Below, piece by piece: positions 24,403-35,705 of a stretch of 64,000 nucleotides of DNA. A program made the position numbers and the translations under genes. Below the pieces are notes generated by a model. The model saw only the letters and a list, made by a program, of their open reading frames with translations. It did no database searches and was not told the origin of the DNA. This DNA is from Octopus bimaculoides (taxonomy: Eukaryota): positions 16,978,324-17,042,323 of the forward strand of contig NC_068990.1 of NCBI RefSeq assembly GCF_001194135.2. The letters are read 5' to 3'. Position 1 is the stretch's first letter. Each line of letters begins with the position of its first letter.

Positions 24403-24942
24403 GTAATGTTTCTTTTTGACTCCGCGTGTGTTGTGCTTAAAAACGTGTTTGTATTCTTGAATGTGATAAAGTGTAGAATTAGATTATTATCCTGCTTCCA
24501 GCTTCAGTGTTGCTGCCAGGATTTGAAAAATAGGGCACATTTCCCTGCCTTATTTTGTGATTTAGAGGAGATTTTTGAAAAACAAGGGGGAATTCGTGGC
24601 GACGTTCAGTGGACAAATTAAACACACTCGGCAGTATCAAGTTTATGTATAAATTTTCTTCTTAAATGTTTTTCCTCTTTTACACAATATTAAAACAACG
24701 GCTAAAAAATTTCTGAAGCAGCTCCCCAACTCATTTTATCTACGAGCCGCCACTGCGCAGAACAGACGCTTAATCTTTAATTTTTACGGTGGCTTTAAGA
24801 CGATGAAATCAATTCAGTCTTTGAGAGAAAACCTGGATTTTTGCTTTATAAAAGACGCTTAAGTTGATTTCACAGTCATATGTTTATTCTAATGTTATTA
24901 CATTCTAATTTCTTAGTTTGATATTTAAAACGAATTTTCTCC

Positions 24943-25285
24943 AGGTATGGCTGTATGGCTAACAAGTTCGCTTCGCAATCAGGGGGTTTCCTATTCAGTC
25001 CCATTGCACGGCACCTCGGGCAAAGGCCTTCTATTATAGTTTGGGACGACCAATGCCTTGTGAATGAATCTGGCAGGCGAAAACTTCGAAAAGCCTGTCA
25101 TGTGTGTTCATCACACCAACACTTGACAACAGGTGTTCGTTTTTATGTTCCCTCGTAACCTAGCGGTTCGACAAAGAAGAGCCAATAAAATAAATGCCAG
25201 ACCAAGAAGAAAAAAAAGAGGATTTGGATCGATTTGTTCGACTAAACACTACAGAGTGGTACTACAGTATGATCTACCAACTCCA
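24943..25285 (+). mobile_element. Family C tRNA-SINE, diverged full copy
   Basis: TGGCTGTATGG...TATTCAGTCCC...CTTGACAAC...GATTTGTTCGACTAAA. Confidence 0.75.
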
Positions 25286-25367
25286 GCATACATTCCCCCA
25301 CCCCCCAGAACACAAATAATGTTCATTGTGGTCTCATTTGATTACGGATTACCCACAACTCAATACA

Positions 25368-26295
25368 TCTATAGCTATCTAAATGTATAATAAAACGGAA
25401 GATGTGTGTGTGTGTGTGTGTGTGTGTGTTTACAGACCTTTTTCTTGATCCCCCTTAAAGTCAATATTTTTCATCCAATTTCGTTCACGCTGGGAACATA
25501 CATCATATAGACTTGTAGTGAAACTACCTATCGCCATTAGATACAAAACTGCTATCGCCATTCTTCTCATTTAAATATAAACAAGCGCGAGCGTAGCGGA
25601 AAACATCAACCTTGTCATCACGTGACTGATCATTATTCGAATCGCCAGAACGCAAACTGACCAATCACAGCCCTTAATAAGGTCACGTGATAGAGTATTT
25701 TTCTGAAGCCTTCGGGAGCCGATAATTCGCTATAAATAGATCAACTCATACCCAGCAAATTTGTCTCGGTTCAGTTTCTCTTTGAGATCTGTTCCGTGTA
25801 CCACACGACAGCAGCAGTAGCGGCAGCCAGCGACACATCANNNNNNNNNNNNNNNNNNNNNNNNNNNNNNNNNNNNNNNNNNNNNNNNNNNNNNNNNNNN
25901 NNNNNNNNNNNNNNNNNNNNNNNNNNNNNNNNNNNNNNNNNNNNNNNNNNNNNNNNNNNNNNNNNNNNNNNNNNNNNNNNNNNNNNNNNNNNNNNNNNNN
26001 NNNNNNNNNNNNNNNNNNNNNNNNNNNNNNNNNNNNNNNNNNNNNNNNNNNNNNNNNNNNNNNNNNNNNNNNNNNNNNNNNNNNNNNNNNNNNNNNNNNN
26101 NNNNNNNNNNNNNNNNNNNNNNNNNNNNNNNNNNNNNNNNNNNNNNNNNNNNNNNNNNNNNNNNNNNNNNNNNNNNNNNNNNNNNNNNNNNNNNNNNNNN
26201 NNNNNNNNNNNNNNNNNNNNNNNNNNNNNNNNNNNNNNNNNNNNNNNNNNNNNNNNNNNNNNNNNNNNNNNNNNNNNNNNNNNNNNNNNAACTAG
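25368..26295 (+). mobile_element. Non-autonomous Helitron (interior partly in N-gap)
   Basis: A|TCTATAG..TCTAAATGTATAATAAAACGGAAG + (TG)n at the 5' end; CTAG|T at 26292-26296 just after the gap (pairing of the two ends is inferred). Confidence 0.6.
25617..25738 (+). promoter_or_regulatory. Pol II promoter-like cassette inside the Helitron
   Basis: ATCACGTGAC 25617-25626, CCAAT 25661-25665, GTCACGTGAT 25682-25691, TATAAATA 25731-25738. Confidence 0.5.
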
Positions 26296-27108
26296 TGATC
26301 AGCTCTGCCACACACAGCCTCCACTCCTTTCACATACAGACTCTTCCAATTGTGTACTCAAGAACTGGTATAAATGCTCACGTGTTACTGACTCTTTCTA
26401 TCTGCTGTAATATCTCACATACACATACATGTATCACTCACATACACACTTTTCTTTGTATGACGGCCTGTCTTTTATTATGTTCTTATATGTCGCATTC
26501 ACACTCTCACATACACATACGTCTTTAACGCTACAATAAATATTTCTGTTATTCATCTTATACGGTTGTGGTCTTTCATTACTGGTCATCTATGTTATCG
26601 TAGTATAACATATTATATGTATATCATCTTTGATATATTATTTTGTGTTCGACCGTGTGACACGTTTAAAGAAAAGGAGTCCTTGTTTTTTCCATTCGTC
26701 ACCATTTCTCCTTTTCGAGTTCGCACGGTCGTCCTTACAGACTCTTCAAATTTTCTATATAATGAGTAATGCCGCTCCTAGTTCAAATATAAAACATAAA
26801 AATAAAAAGAGACAAGGGGTCCCTGCCTTGCTATGGGGCTCATTGGATGTTTCAGCCCTAAATTTAGTTGCTCTATAGTAAGGAAAACTAATGGATGGCT
26901 CGCCCCTTCACCATTTTTTTTTTAATGTTAAAACAAATGGTTTAGAGGTCTCTACATTAAACAATGTGACGCTGACACATACAACCTCCAACTGAAAACC
27001 CCTTACTGTAGCATTAATTTAGACGAGGTATAACAGGAAGTTTGGAGCTTATATTTATAGATATATATGTCTATCTCTTTACCTTCTTTCTCCTAATTCC
27101 CTCTCTGG

Positions 27109-27148
<40 letters not shown>

Positions 27149-27950
27149 TTATTTCACGTTGTCACACGCACAGATAAACAAACATACACTCTTAGACTTT
27201 ATACAAATAGAAGTTGCACACACATTCCAAAACCGTAAATTACACAAACACACGAATGTAGAAATAGTTCTTTACACATGGTCATTTACTGATTGTTAAC
27301 AAACTCAAGCTGTTACGAGTACTCTCAAAACACACACGCGCACTTGTATCTACACACACACACACACACCCATTAGATAATAAAACGAATGGTTTATATC
27401 TGGTAGCCTACTGGTAAAACACGGTTTATTTAAATAAACCCTCGATTCAATAGCACTGTGTGTAATCTCTATACTTGGAATGATCAATTTTAAATACTAT
27501 TGGGATTTACTCACAAGGTATTGGAATCTTATATGTAAACCATTCTGCCTAAATAATGGATCTACAAATGCAATATCCCTGCGTATCTCACATCTATTTT
27601 TATTCTTCCACTTCACTCTCTATTTCATATCTTATCTAAATTAACTATTACTTAACNNNNNNNNNNNNNNNNNNNNNNNNNNNNNNNNNNNNNNNNNNNN
27701 NNNNNNNNNNNNNNNNNNNNNNNNNNNNNNNNNNNNNNNNNNNNNNNNNNNNNNNNTTCATATCAACAATAATATTGATATGGCGAACGAACGAGCTCTG
27801 GTAATCTCAGAACTTTCCGGTCCAGGGTTCGAGATATCCTCCTAGTATTTATTTTTCTGCCTCTCCTTAACAGAACTCGGATGTCAATGACAAAGACAAT
27901 AAATAAATAAATAAACAAATAAATAAAAACTGGTATTAAATTTAAATTTA

Positions 27951-28289
27951 TAGCGGCGAGGTGGCACAATGGTTAGCACGCTGGGCGAAATGCTTAGCGG
28001 TATTTCGTCTGTCTTTATGTTCTGAGTTCAAATTCCACCGAGGTCGACTTTGCCTTTCATCCTTTTGGAGTCGATAAATTAAGTACCAGTTACGTACTGG
28101 TTCGATCTAATTGACTGACCTGCTTCCCCAAAATTTCGGGCCTTTTGCTTAGAGTAGAAAAGAATCGTTACCTGCTTAACGGCATTTCGTCCGATTTTAA
28201 GCTCTGAGTTCAAATGCCGCCGGGGTCGACTTTACCTTTGATCGGTTTGGGGTCGATAAAATAAGTACCAGTTGAGCACTGGGGTCGAT
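27951..28289 (+). mobile_element. Family B SINE full copy plus tandem 5'-truncated copy
   Basis: 27951-28166 complete; second GAGTTCAAATGCCGCCGGGGTCGAC copy 28167-28289 runs into gap. Confidence 0.9.
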
Positions 28290-28932
28290 NNNNNNNNNNN
28301 NNNNNNNNNNNNNNNNNNNNNNNNNNNNNNNNNNNNNNNNNNNNNNNNNNNNNNNNNNNNNNNNNNNNNNNNNNNNNNNNNNNNNNNNNNNNNNNNNNNN
28401 NNNNNNNNNNNNNNNNNNNNNNNNNNNNNNNNNNNNNNNNNNNNNNNNNNNNNNNNNNNNNNNNNNNNNNNNNNNNNNNNNNNNNNNNNNNNNNNNNNNN
28501 NNNNNNNNNNNNNNNNNNNNNNNNNNNNNNNNNNNNNNNNNNNNNNNNNNNNNNNNNNNNNNNNNNNNNNNNNNNNNNNNNNNNNNNNNNNNNNNNNNNN
28601 NNNNNNNNNNNNNNNNNNNNNNNNNNNNNNNNNNNNNNNNNNNNNNNNNNNNNNNNNNNNNNNNNNNNNNNNNNNNNNNNNNNNNNNNNNNNNNNNNNNN
28701 NNNNNNNNNNNNNNNNNNNNNNNTACACAACAACCTGAGCAAGTGTCATCTGCTATGTTCCCGGACTGTTGAATGCTTTAAAAGTGAATTCAGTGAACAG
28801 AAACTTTATGTATGTGTGTGCGTGTGATTTATTGATGAAAGAAAACGTCTCCAACGTAATCAATCATTAGGCAGAATTGAACTTTTGGAATAATACTATG
28901 ATTTATAAAATGTTTATAAACATTTATATACC

Positions 28933-28968
<36 letters not shown>

Positions 28969-29063
28969 TCCCTTTCTCCCTCTCCCTTATATGTGTGAGT
29001 GTGTGTCTGTGGTAAATGAAAGACGGAAGATGGAATATATGAGAATTTTTATCATTAATCACA

Positions 29064-29266
29064 AGGAGGCGAGCTGGCAGAATCGTTAGCACGCTGGACG
29101 AAATGCTTACCAGTATTTCGTCCATTATTGCGTTCTGACTTCAAATTCCGCCGGGGTCGATTTTGCTTTTCGGGGTCAATTAAATAATTACCAGTTACGC
29201 AGTGAGGTCGATGTAACCGCCTTAATCCTTTCCCCAAAATTTGGGGCCTTGTAGAAAGGATTATTA
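29064..29266 (+). mobile_element. Family B SINE
   Basis: AAGGAGGCGAGCTGGCAGAATCGTTAGCACGC...AAATTTGGGGCCTTGTAG. Confidence 0.9.
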
Positions 29267-29868
29267 ATCATGACAATTGTTTCAACACATCTAGCATGAA
29301 TCCCTCACGGGTGGGACACTTAACAACTGGTTCAGGAGCATCCGGTGGTGCAGATATCTCATCGGGTGACAAACAGATACAACTCGTTAAAGTAACTGTT
29401 CAGCAATGTATCTTCTCATTTCGTAGAGAGAAAAGCAGCAAAACGAAAGAAATATCGCCATCCACATAGAAGATCAAAAACAAAACCACAGATGCAAAAC
29501 AAAAACTAAGACACAACACAGCGAGAAAAGTACCAAAAATAACCATTAACAGATATGGAAACACACACACACACACATANNNNNNNNNNNNNNNNNNNNN
29601 NNNNNNNNNNNNNNNNNNNNNNNNNNNNNNNNNNNNNNNNNNNNNNNNNNNNNNNNNNNNNNNNNNNNNNNNNNNNNNNNNNNNNNNNNNNNNNNNNNNN
29701 NNNNNNNNNNNNNNNNNNNNNNNNNNNNNNNNNNNNNNNNNNNNNNNNNNNNNNNNNNNNNNNNNNNNNNNNNNNNNNNNNNNNNNNNNNNNNNNNNNNN
29801 NNNNNNNNNNNNNNNNNNNNNNNNNNACACACACACACAAACACACACACACACACACAAACACACAA

Positions 29869-29901
<33 letters not shown>

Positions 29902-30099
29902 CACAAACACACAAACACACACACACACACAAACATCACGTTTGCTTCTGACATTTGCAGCTGAACGAATAGGCCATGGTCCCTGGTGCCAGAGGTCAGG
30001 GAACAGATGTGGTGTTACTTTGGTACAACCACCAGACTCCTCTCCCCACCCCTCTCCTCACCGGATGTTCCCAATTTGTTTCTTGGTAACGTCAAATAA

Positions 30100-30434
30100 T
30101 TTCTTTTTCTAATTTTGGCACAAGGCGAGCAATTTTGAGGGGAGGGAAAGGGGCACGTCGATTACATCGACCCCTGAACTTGACTGGTACTGGTACTTTA
30201 TTGTATCGAACCTGAAAAGGTGAACGGCTAAGTTGACCTCAGCGGAATTTGAACTCAGAACATAAAGAGGCGGAAGACATACTACAAGGTATTTTTCCAA
30301 CGTTCTTTCTACCAGCTCGCTACCCTTTTAGATTGTTAATTTAAACACAAAGCCAGCAATTTTGAGGGGAGGGGCAGTCATTATCATTAACTCCAGTTCT
30401 TAATTTTAGCGAATCCAGAAGAATGACCTCGGTG
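30100..30434 (-). mobile_element. Family B SINE plus partial second copy
   Basis: GGCACAAGGCGAGCAATTTTGAGGG...GCGGAATTTGAACTCAGAA...CCAGCTCGC. Confidence 0.8.
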
Positions 30435-30448
30435 CAGGGCTGGATTAA

Positions 30449-30681
30449 CCCATATATACCCCTGGTTGCGTTTTTGCAACGCAAAACCTTCTCCTACTTA
30501 TTTGGACATGAACTTGCTGGGAAGCATCTGACTGAACATACGAAATGTTCAGTAGGTTGTCGACACCCGTAGCTAACACTTGCATACTGTCCTTCTCTTC
30601 AGATTGTGAAAGCTTACCATAACGTTTAATCTAAATACAGAGAAATCTTAAGACTTCATTATTTTCATGGACATATATGGG
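30449..30681. mobile_element. piggyBac-type MITE
   Basis: TTAA|CCCATATAT...ATATATGGG|TTTA; subterminal palindrome TTGCGTTTTTGCAACGCAA. Confidence 0.75.
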
Positions 30682-30997
30682 TTTAGCAAAATATGCAAGT
30701 GCTTAGGGCCTCAAGGGAAGGGAAGCACTATAGAAATGGGAAATGGTTTATGGCACAAAAGAAATCACTTTCAACCTGCTAAAATAGTATTCGAAGTGGT
30801 TTATATGATCGGAAATACAACTTCGAAGTGTTCACAGTGTCTTATTGAAGATCAGCTCAAAGATTTTGTAATTAAAAAAAGTAAAAGAAAACTTTTCGAA
30901 TATAAATAAGGTAGAAGTATACAAAAATAAACATTATTTTCCATCTTGCTATTAGTTTTGTTTCATTTTGAAAAATAAAAATTTATTTTGTGGATTA

Positions 30998-31778
30998 TCT
31001 CTTTCTACATAAAATTCTTTGTCTGTCCTGTCTGTCTGTTCCCTATGCATTCTCAAAAAAACTCCACCAAATCAAATCAAATTTTACAAGGTAAATAGTA
31101 TTACACTACGCGAGTCTCAATATGTAATTTTTATTTTCATTCGGATTGAAACAGTATAACATTTTCTCGAAAATAATCTTTCTATAGCCAAGTATAGTAA
31201 CGGATATTCTATACCACGACGATGATGACGTCACATTTTGTATATGAATGTGTATGTATCTGTGAGTGTGTGTCTGTATGCTCGTTTGTTACGTACGAGA
31301 TAGTAAAGGACATTTTATACCACGACAACGACGACGTCACATCTCTATCATTATCTCTTCAATCTGTCTAGTGTTTACTATTGTAACGATGTCTGGTACC
31401 AAAAAAGTTATTATAGCTACTTTCATTATTTACAGTCTTCTGTACAGGTGTATTTGCGTACACCAACACATAAACAAAGTGTACAATATTTGCATACGAT
31501 ATCTCTATTACATCTACATTCATTCGACTGCCAGCCAAACGATGGGTCATGTTAGACGCTCCTACAACTGCCACAAAAGAGAGTATTATCCACTGACAGC
31601 TTTTTGGTGCGTTCAAAAATCACTTACCCGCAAACCCAATTTTCCATGACAGGTTAGGGCCTGGATTCCTCTAGACGGACGTATGACATATCACTTAGTC
31701 GAATTAGCCTATTATTTACTCCACAATTGTTTTGTCGTCGATGCTTCACCTTCCCGTATCACCTGTTTCAACACAACT

Positions 31779-31825
<47 letters not shown>

Positions 31826-31906
31826 CGTGAGAGAGTTAGGGGTTGGGGGTTTATATATACAAATTATGCCGTTTTAATCCCGAGCAACGCCGAGTATCTC
31901 TGCTAA
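30998..31906 (+). mobile_element. Non-autonomous Helitron
   Basis: A|TC 5' end followed by ACATAAAATTCTTTGTCTGTC; 3' CCCGAGCAACGCCGAG hairpin remnant then CTAA|T (CTRR; A-T target). Confidence 0.75.
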
Positions 31907-32087
31907 TTGTTTATATTTTGAACTACATATATATAGAGGCACCAAAATCCTTTAAGTACTTAGGGCCTCGATGGATCTCAATCCGGGCCCGCTTCTGCGA
32001 GACTTGAACCCAGACTGTAAACTAAATATTTAACTAACATGAAAACCTCGAGTACACAACACACACACACGTATGTATTGTTTAAAC

Positions 32088-32332
32088 CAGTGTTTCTCAA
32101 CCATTTATGAAACTCTCTGATTCCTATTCTATTCGAATGGGTCTTCAAAGTCATTCGATGTTTAAAAATCCTATTATATTTTGATAATCAGATATTCTTA
32201 GGAATTTTATTTTTAAACCTTGTTAAAATATTTGGTGCATTGCAGAAGTATAGCCAATTCATTGTACACAAATTTTAAGAAAATCTTATATGGACCCGCA
32301 ATGGACATGTGAACTCTGATTCAGAATTACCA
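32088..32332. mobile_element. hAT-type MITE
   Basis: 5' CAGTGTTTCTCAACC, degraded 3' GATTCAGAATTACCA; TSD GTTTAAAC/GTCTAAAC (7/8). Confidence 0.8.
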
Positions 32333-32679
32333 GTCTAAACTAACCTAGGAAGTCCAGCAACCCGCCCATCGAATATCAAAGAGGTCCTTGGTAATATCCT
32401 TGCGTTATAATGGTCTTCGGGGTTTTGCGCGCAGTATCAGAGACTTCAACTAAGCAACGTTTGTTTGTACTGCTTTCTACTTCACTAAACACCTAATGCC
32501 ACTCCTTCCCTGCCACTCTCTTTGGTATTATTTTCGATGCATGTACTTAGATAAATTTATTTCCACGGTAATGGGAAAATCCTGTATTATCCAATCTACC
32601 AAGTTGCAACGGATGGGCTTCCATACATTGCTCACAAAAATCTCACATGAAGCTGCAACCAATTAATAACTATTTCACA

Positions 32680-32893
32680 AATTCAATTAACGAAATTACT
32701 GGATTTTACGACATCGATTAACAAAACTGTGATTCTACGAGTCCAGTTAATGATATCATGAGATTTGACGAATTCGGTTAACGAAATTATGGACTTTACC
32801 AGTTCGTTAACAAAATCATGTGGTTTTTACGAGTTCAGTTAACGATATGATGGGATTTTACGACATCTGTTAATAAAATTACGAGTTTTCACC
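32680..32893. repeat. Degenerate minisatellite, seven units of 29-31 bp
   Basis: Units share A.TTC.GTTAAC.AAAT.ATG.GATTTTACG. Confidence 0.9.
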
Positions 32894-33062
32894 ATTGTCA
32901 CTTGTGATGCTTGTTCGCTTTTTAAGACACAAAACTGCTTGTTAACCATTATAATTAGTTGTCTAGCACCTAATATGGCAAATTTATGAATCAGCCATTA
33001 AAATTAAAATATTAAGTGCTTCGATTTCATGTTTGAATGGATGAAACATAGACATGGTACCT

Positions 33063-33375
33063 AGTTACCTCGAGGTAAAATAGGGCGAGATGGCAAGACC
33101 GGCTCACAAACAAAGCCTCGTGGGAACAGACGAGTCAGCAACCTTCTGAAACCCCAGTCAAGAGGAGGAAATGAGGGTTGGATGAGACATATCCTACGGA
33201 AACCTGTTTCCAACATTACAAGGCAACCCAACGAGAGACGGAAGTATCTCAGACCAAAATCAATATGGAGAAGGCTCACAAAAATTGAAGAACTGGCGGG
33301 CATATCTATACCATGGGACAAAGATCGAGAGAAGCTGGAGATCTCTTATTTGCGCTCCATGCTCGAGCAGAAGAT
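33063..33375 (+). pseudogene. Decayed RTE-clade LINE 3' end
   Basis: LTNKASWEQTSQQPSETPVKRRK*G/WMRHILRKPVSNITRQ..PNERRKYLRPKSIWRR matches RTE SNxxLWxRTxQxP..IKRRKWxWIGHxLRK..NITRQ..KRxRGRPKxTWRR; purine-rich tract 33370-33545 follows. Confidence 0.85.
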
Positions 33376-33880
33376 GAAAGAAGACGAAGGAAAAATAGAA
33401 AAACAAAAAGATGCAGAAACAAGAAGAAAGAAGAAGATGAAGGAGAGGAAAGAGACTTCTTTCTTCGGAGAGAAGAGGAAGGAAGAAGACAAAAAAGATA
33501 AAAGAGACAAAGCTGACGAAGACGAAAGAAAGAAAAAGAAAGGGGAGCTACTAGAGTTAAGATTTGATCCGGCAGGCGTAATATATCAACAAGGTCGTGT
33601 GCAGATCTGTTTTTACATATTACAAAGGTGAAGTCAGCTAATTTTCTGAAAAAAGAGAAAAGCTCTTTTATCTATTTTGGTTTATTACACCGAAAGCAGC
33701 TGAGCACATGTTTCTCCTCAGCAGAAGTTCTTTTCTGTAAATATCAAAACGCATTGACCCTAATTTTATTCAGACGTTGAGAGTTTTTAGTCACTGCTCG
33801 AAAACGTCGGTTTCTCCTTTCCAAATATGTACGTGCGTAATCTAGATGGATGAATGTGCGTGTGTGTGTGTGTGTGTGTA

Positions 33881-33943
<63 letters not shown>

Positions 33944-34242
33944 CGTATGTATGTATACATGTACATGCATGCATATTTACACACACATATATATACATAC
34001 ATATCTATATGCATATATATGTACGTATGGGTATGTAAAAAATATTGATATATACATAAATACACACACACACGCGCGCATACACACACAGGTGTTTATA
34101 AATTTTGATGCACAAATGACCTTTGCATAAATAAAATTCCCTCAGCAACAGCAAAAACTTACCATCAACAATAAATATTGAACAAAGTTTAGCATCCATC
34201 CACCTAAAATTGTTAAAAGAATTAAGGTTAGCGTCAGTTCGT

Positions 34243-34495
34243 TATCATCATCATCATCATCATCATCATCATCGTTTTATCGTCTGCTGCTCCATTCTTT
34301 GAATTAGTTCGACAAAATTCGTCGAGGCAGATTTTCTACGGCCAGACGTCTATCCTGTCACCAACCCTCACTCGTTTTCAAATAAGACAATATTTCCCCA
34401 AGGCCAGTCTAGAAAAGAAAGACATCGCTTATATGGCGGTGACACCCGTTTACAAGTACCATGCGATGTCAAGATAAAGAGACAGAAAGACACGC
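34243..34495 (-). mobile_element. Family A' tail with (GAT)n end
   Basis: (ATC)n then CGTTTT...GGCAGATTTTCTACGGCC...CCTGTCACCAACCCTCA. Confidence 0.8.
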
Positions 34496-34544
34496 ACACA
34501 CACACACAACTACATCACAAACACGTGCGTCTGTGAATTAGTCC

Positions 34545-34700
34545 TCCAACACCAGTTCTCTTGACAACCGGTGTCGGTTTATTTATACCCTCATAGCTTA
34601 GGTGGTTCAATAAAAGAGGCCGATAGGATAAGTACAAGACTTCAAAAAATAATTAACTAAACCCGTCGAAGTGGTGCTCCAGTCAAATGACTGAAAAAAA
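34545..34700 (+). mobile_element. Family C SINE tail
   Basis: CTTGACAACCGGTGTCGG...GGTGCTCCAGTCAAATGACTGAAA. Confidence 0.7.
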
Positions 34701-35557
34701 AATTAGTTATATTTTTTCTTCATGATGCCTGTCAGTCACAATTATATCGCATTTTACCCCTTGAATAATAAACAGACATAAACCAGTTCTTATTTATATT
34801 TTATATCGATTTACAAAGAAAGGAGCACTTTTGCCAGACTATAGTTCTCCAATGAGATGTTTTGTCAGTCTTTCATCTTTCATACGAACTATATAACTAG
34901 ATAACCTGCTCATCTTAGTCTGTTACGACGCAAGATTAATTCTATGCTACGATTACAACTTTTTACCAACGGTAGACCGCAGGATCATTTACATAGACTA
35001 CCCTCAAGATATAGGGCAAATATTGTCAAAACCTTTGTACTAAAAACGCTCCAACTGTTTCCTGTATATATTGCTTCAACGAAGGTGGTGGTGGTGGTGA
35101 TGTATGCGTGTGTGTAAAGGGACAGAGAGAGATTGTAGTTCAGAAAAAGAATTTTTTTGTAAAGAATTTTGTTGAATTTTTCTAAGCCTCTCCAGATCAA
35201 ACTGGCAACATTTAAAGCTAATTAGGAGAGCGTTATCCCTATAGAGTCTGCCCCACCTCGAAGTTTGGAAAGTTCTTCTTTAAATGGTAAAATATATATA
35301 GACCTACAGGATCGATAACTTTGGCGGAGTCCGAAGAACCCGTAGTCTTGTCAAACTCTACACCAATGATCTTCCTGGAAAGCTATCAAGCGTTCTCCTA
35401 GATGAAAGAATAGTATTAAGTTCATCTGGTGTAATATCCGAAACCTTTTTAGCTAATAATAAAAGCCTTATTGAATAATATGATTGATATCATCGGGTAG
35501 TAGTTCTCTATATCGATCTCTATGAACGAGTTATTGTTCAGATTACACACACACACA

Positions 35558-35705
35558 AGCATGGCTGTGTGGTAAGAAGTTTGCCACTATATGTTTCCAA
35601 GTTCAGTCTCACCACCTGACACCTTGGACAGGTATCTTCTACTGTAGCCTCGAGACGACTAAAGAGTGGATTTGAAAGACGGTAACTGAAAGAAGCCCGT
35701 CGCTT
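35558..35705 (+). mobile_element. Family C SINE head
   Basis: TGGCTGTGTGGTAAG...AGTTCAGTCTC...CTGAAAGAAGCCCGTCG. Confidence 0.8.

Larger units (their letters stand above)
30435..31991 (+). mobile_element. hAT element with transposase C-terminal remnant, hosting two nested insertions
   Basis: Ends CAGGGCTGGATTAA / CAATCCGGGCCCG; subterminal AAGT(G/A)CTTAGGGCCTC near both ends; LIEDQLKDFVIKKSKRKLF (about 30840-30900) resembles hAT dimerisation-domain ends; flanks CCTCGGTG/CTTCTGCG match only 5/8. Confidence 0.65.

Noticed and set aside
26650-26729. 11-bp imperfect inverted repeat as a MITE
   Set aside because: Too short, no TSD, no second copy.
31425-31590. Cys-rich minus frame (NECRCNRDIVCKYCTLCLCVGVRKYTCTEDCK) as a captured pacifastin-like peptide
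   Set aside because: In-frame stop upstream, spacing does not fit, and TG-rich composition inflates Cys.
32680-32893. CRISPR-like array
   Set aside because: Units abut with no unique spacers; eukaryotic context.
33182-33631. 149-aa K/E/R-rich ORF as a host gene
   Set aside because: First third is the decayed RTE C-terminus; the rest is a low-complexity purine tract.
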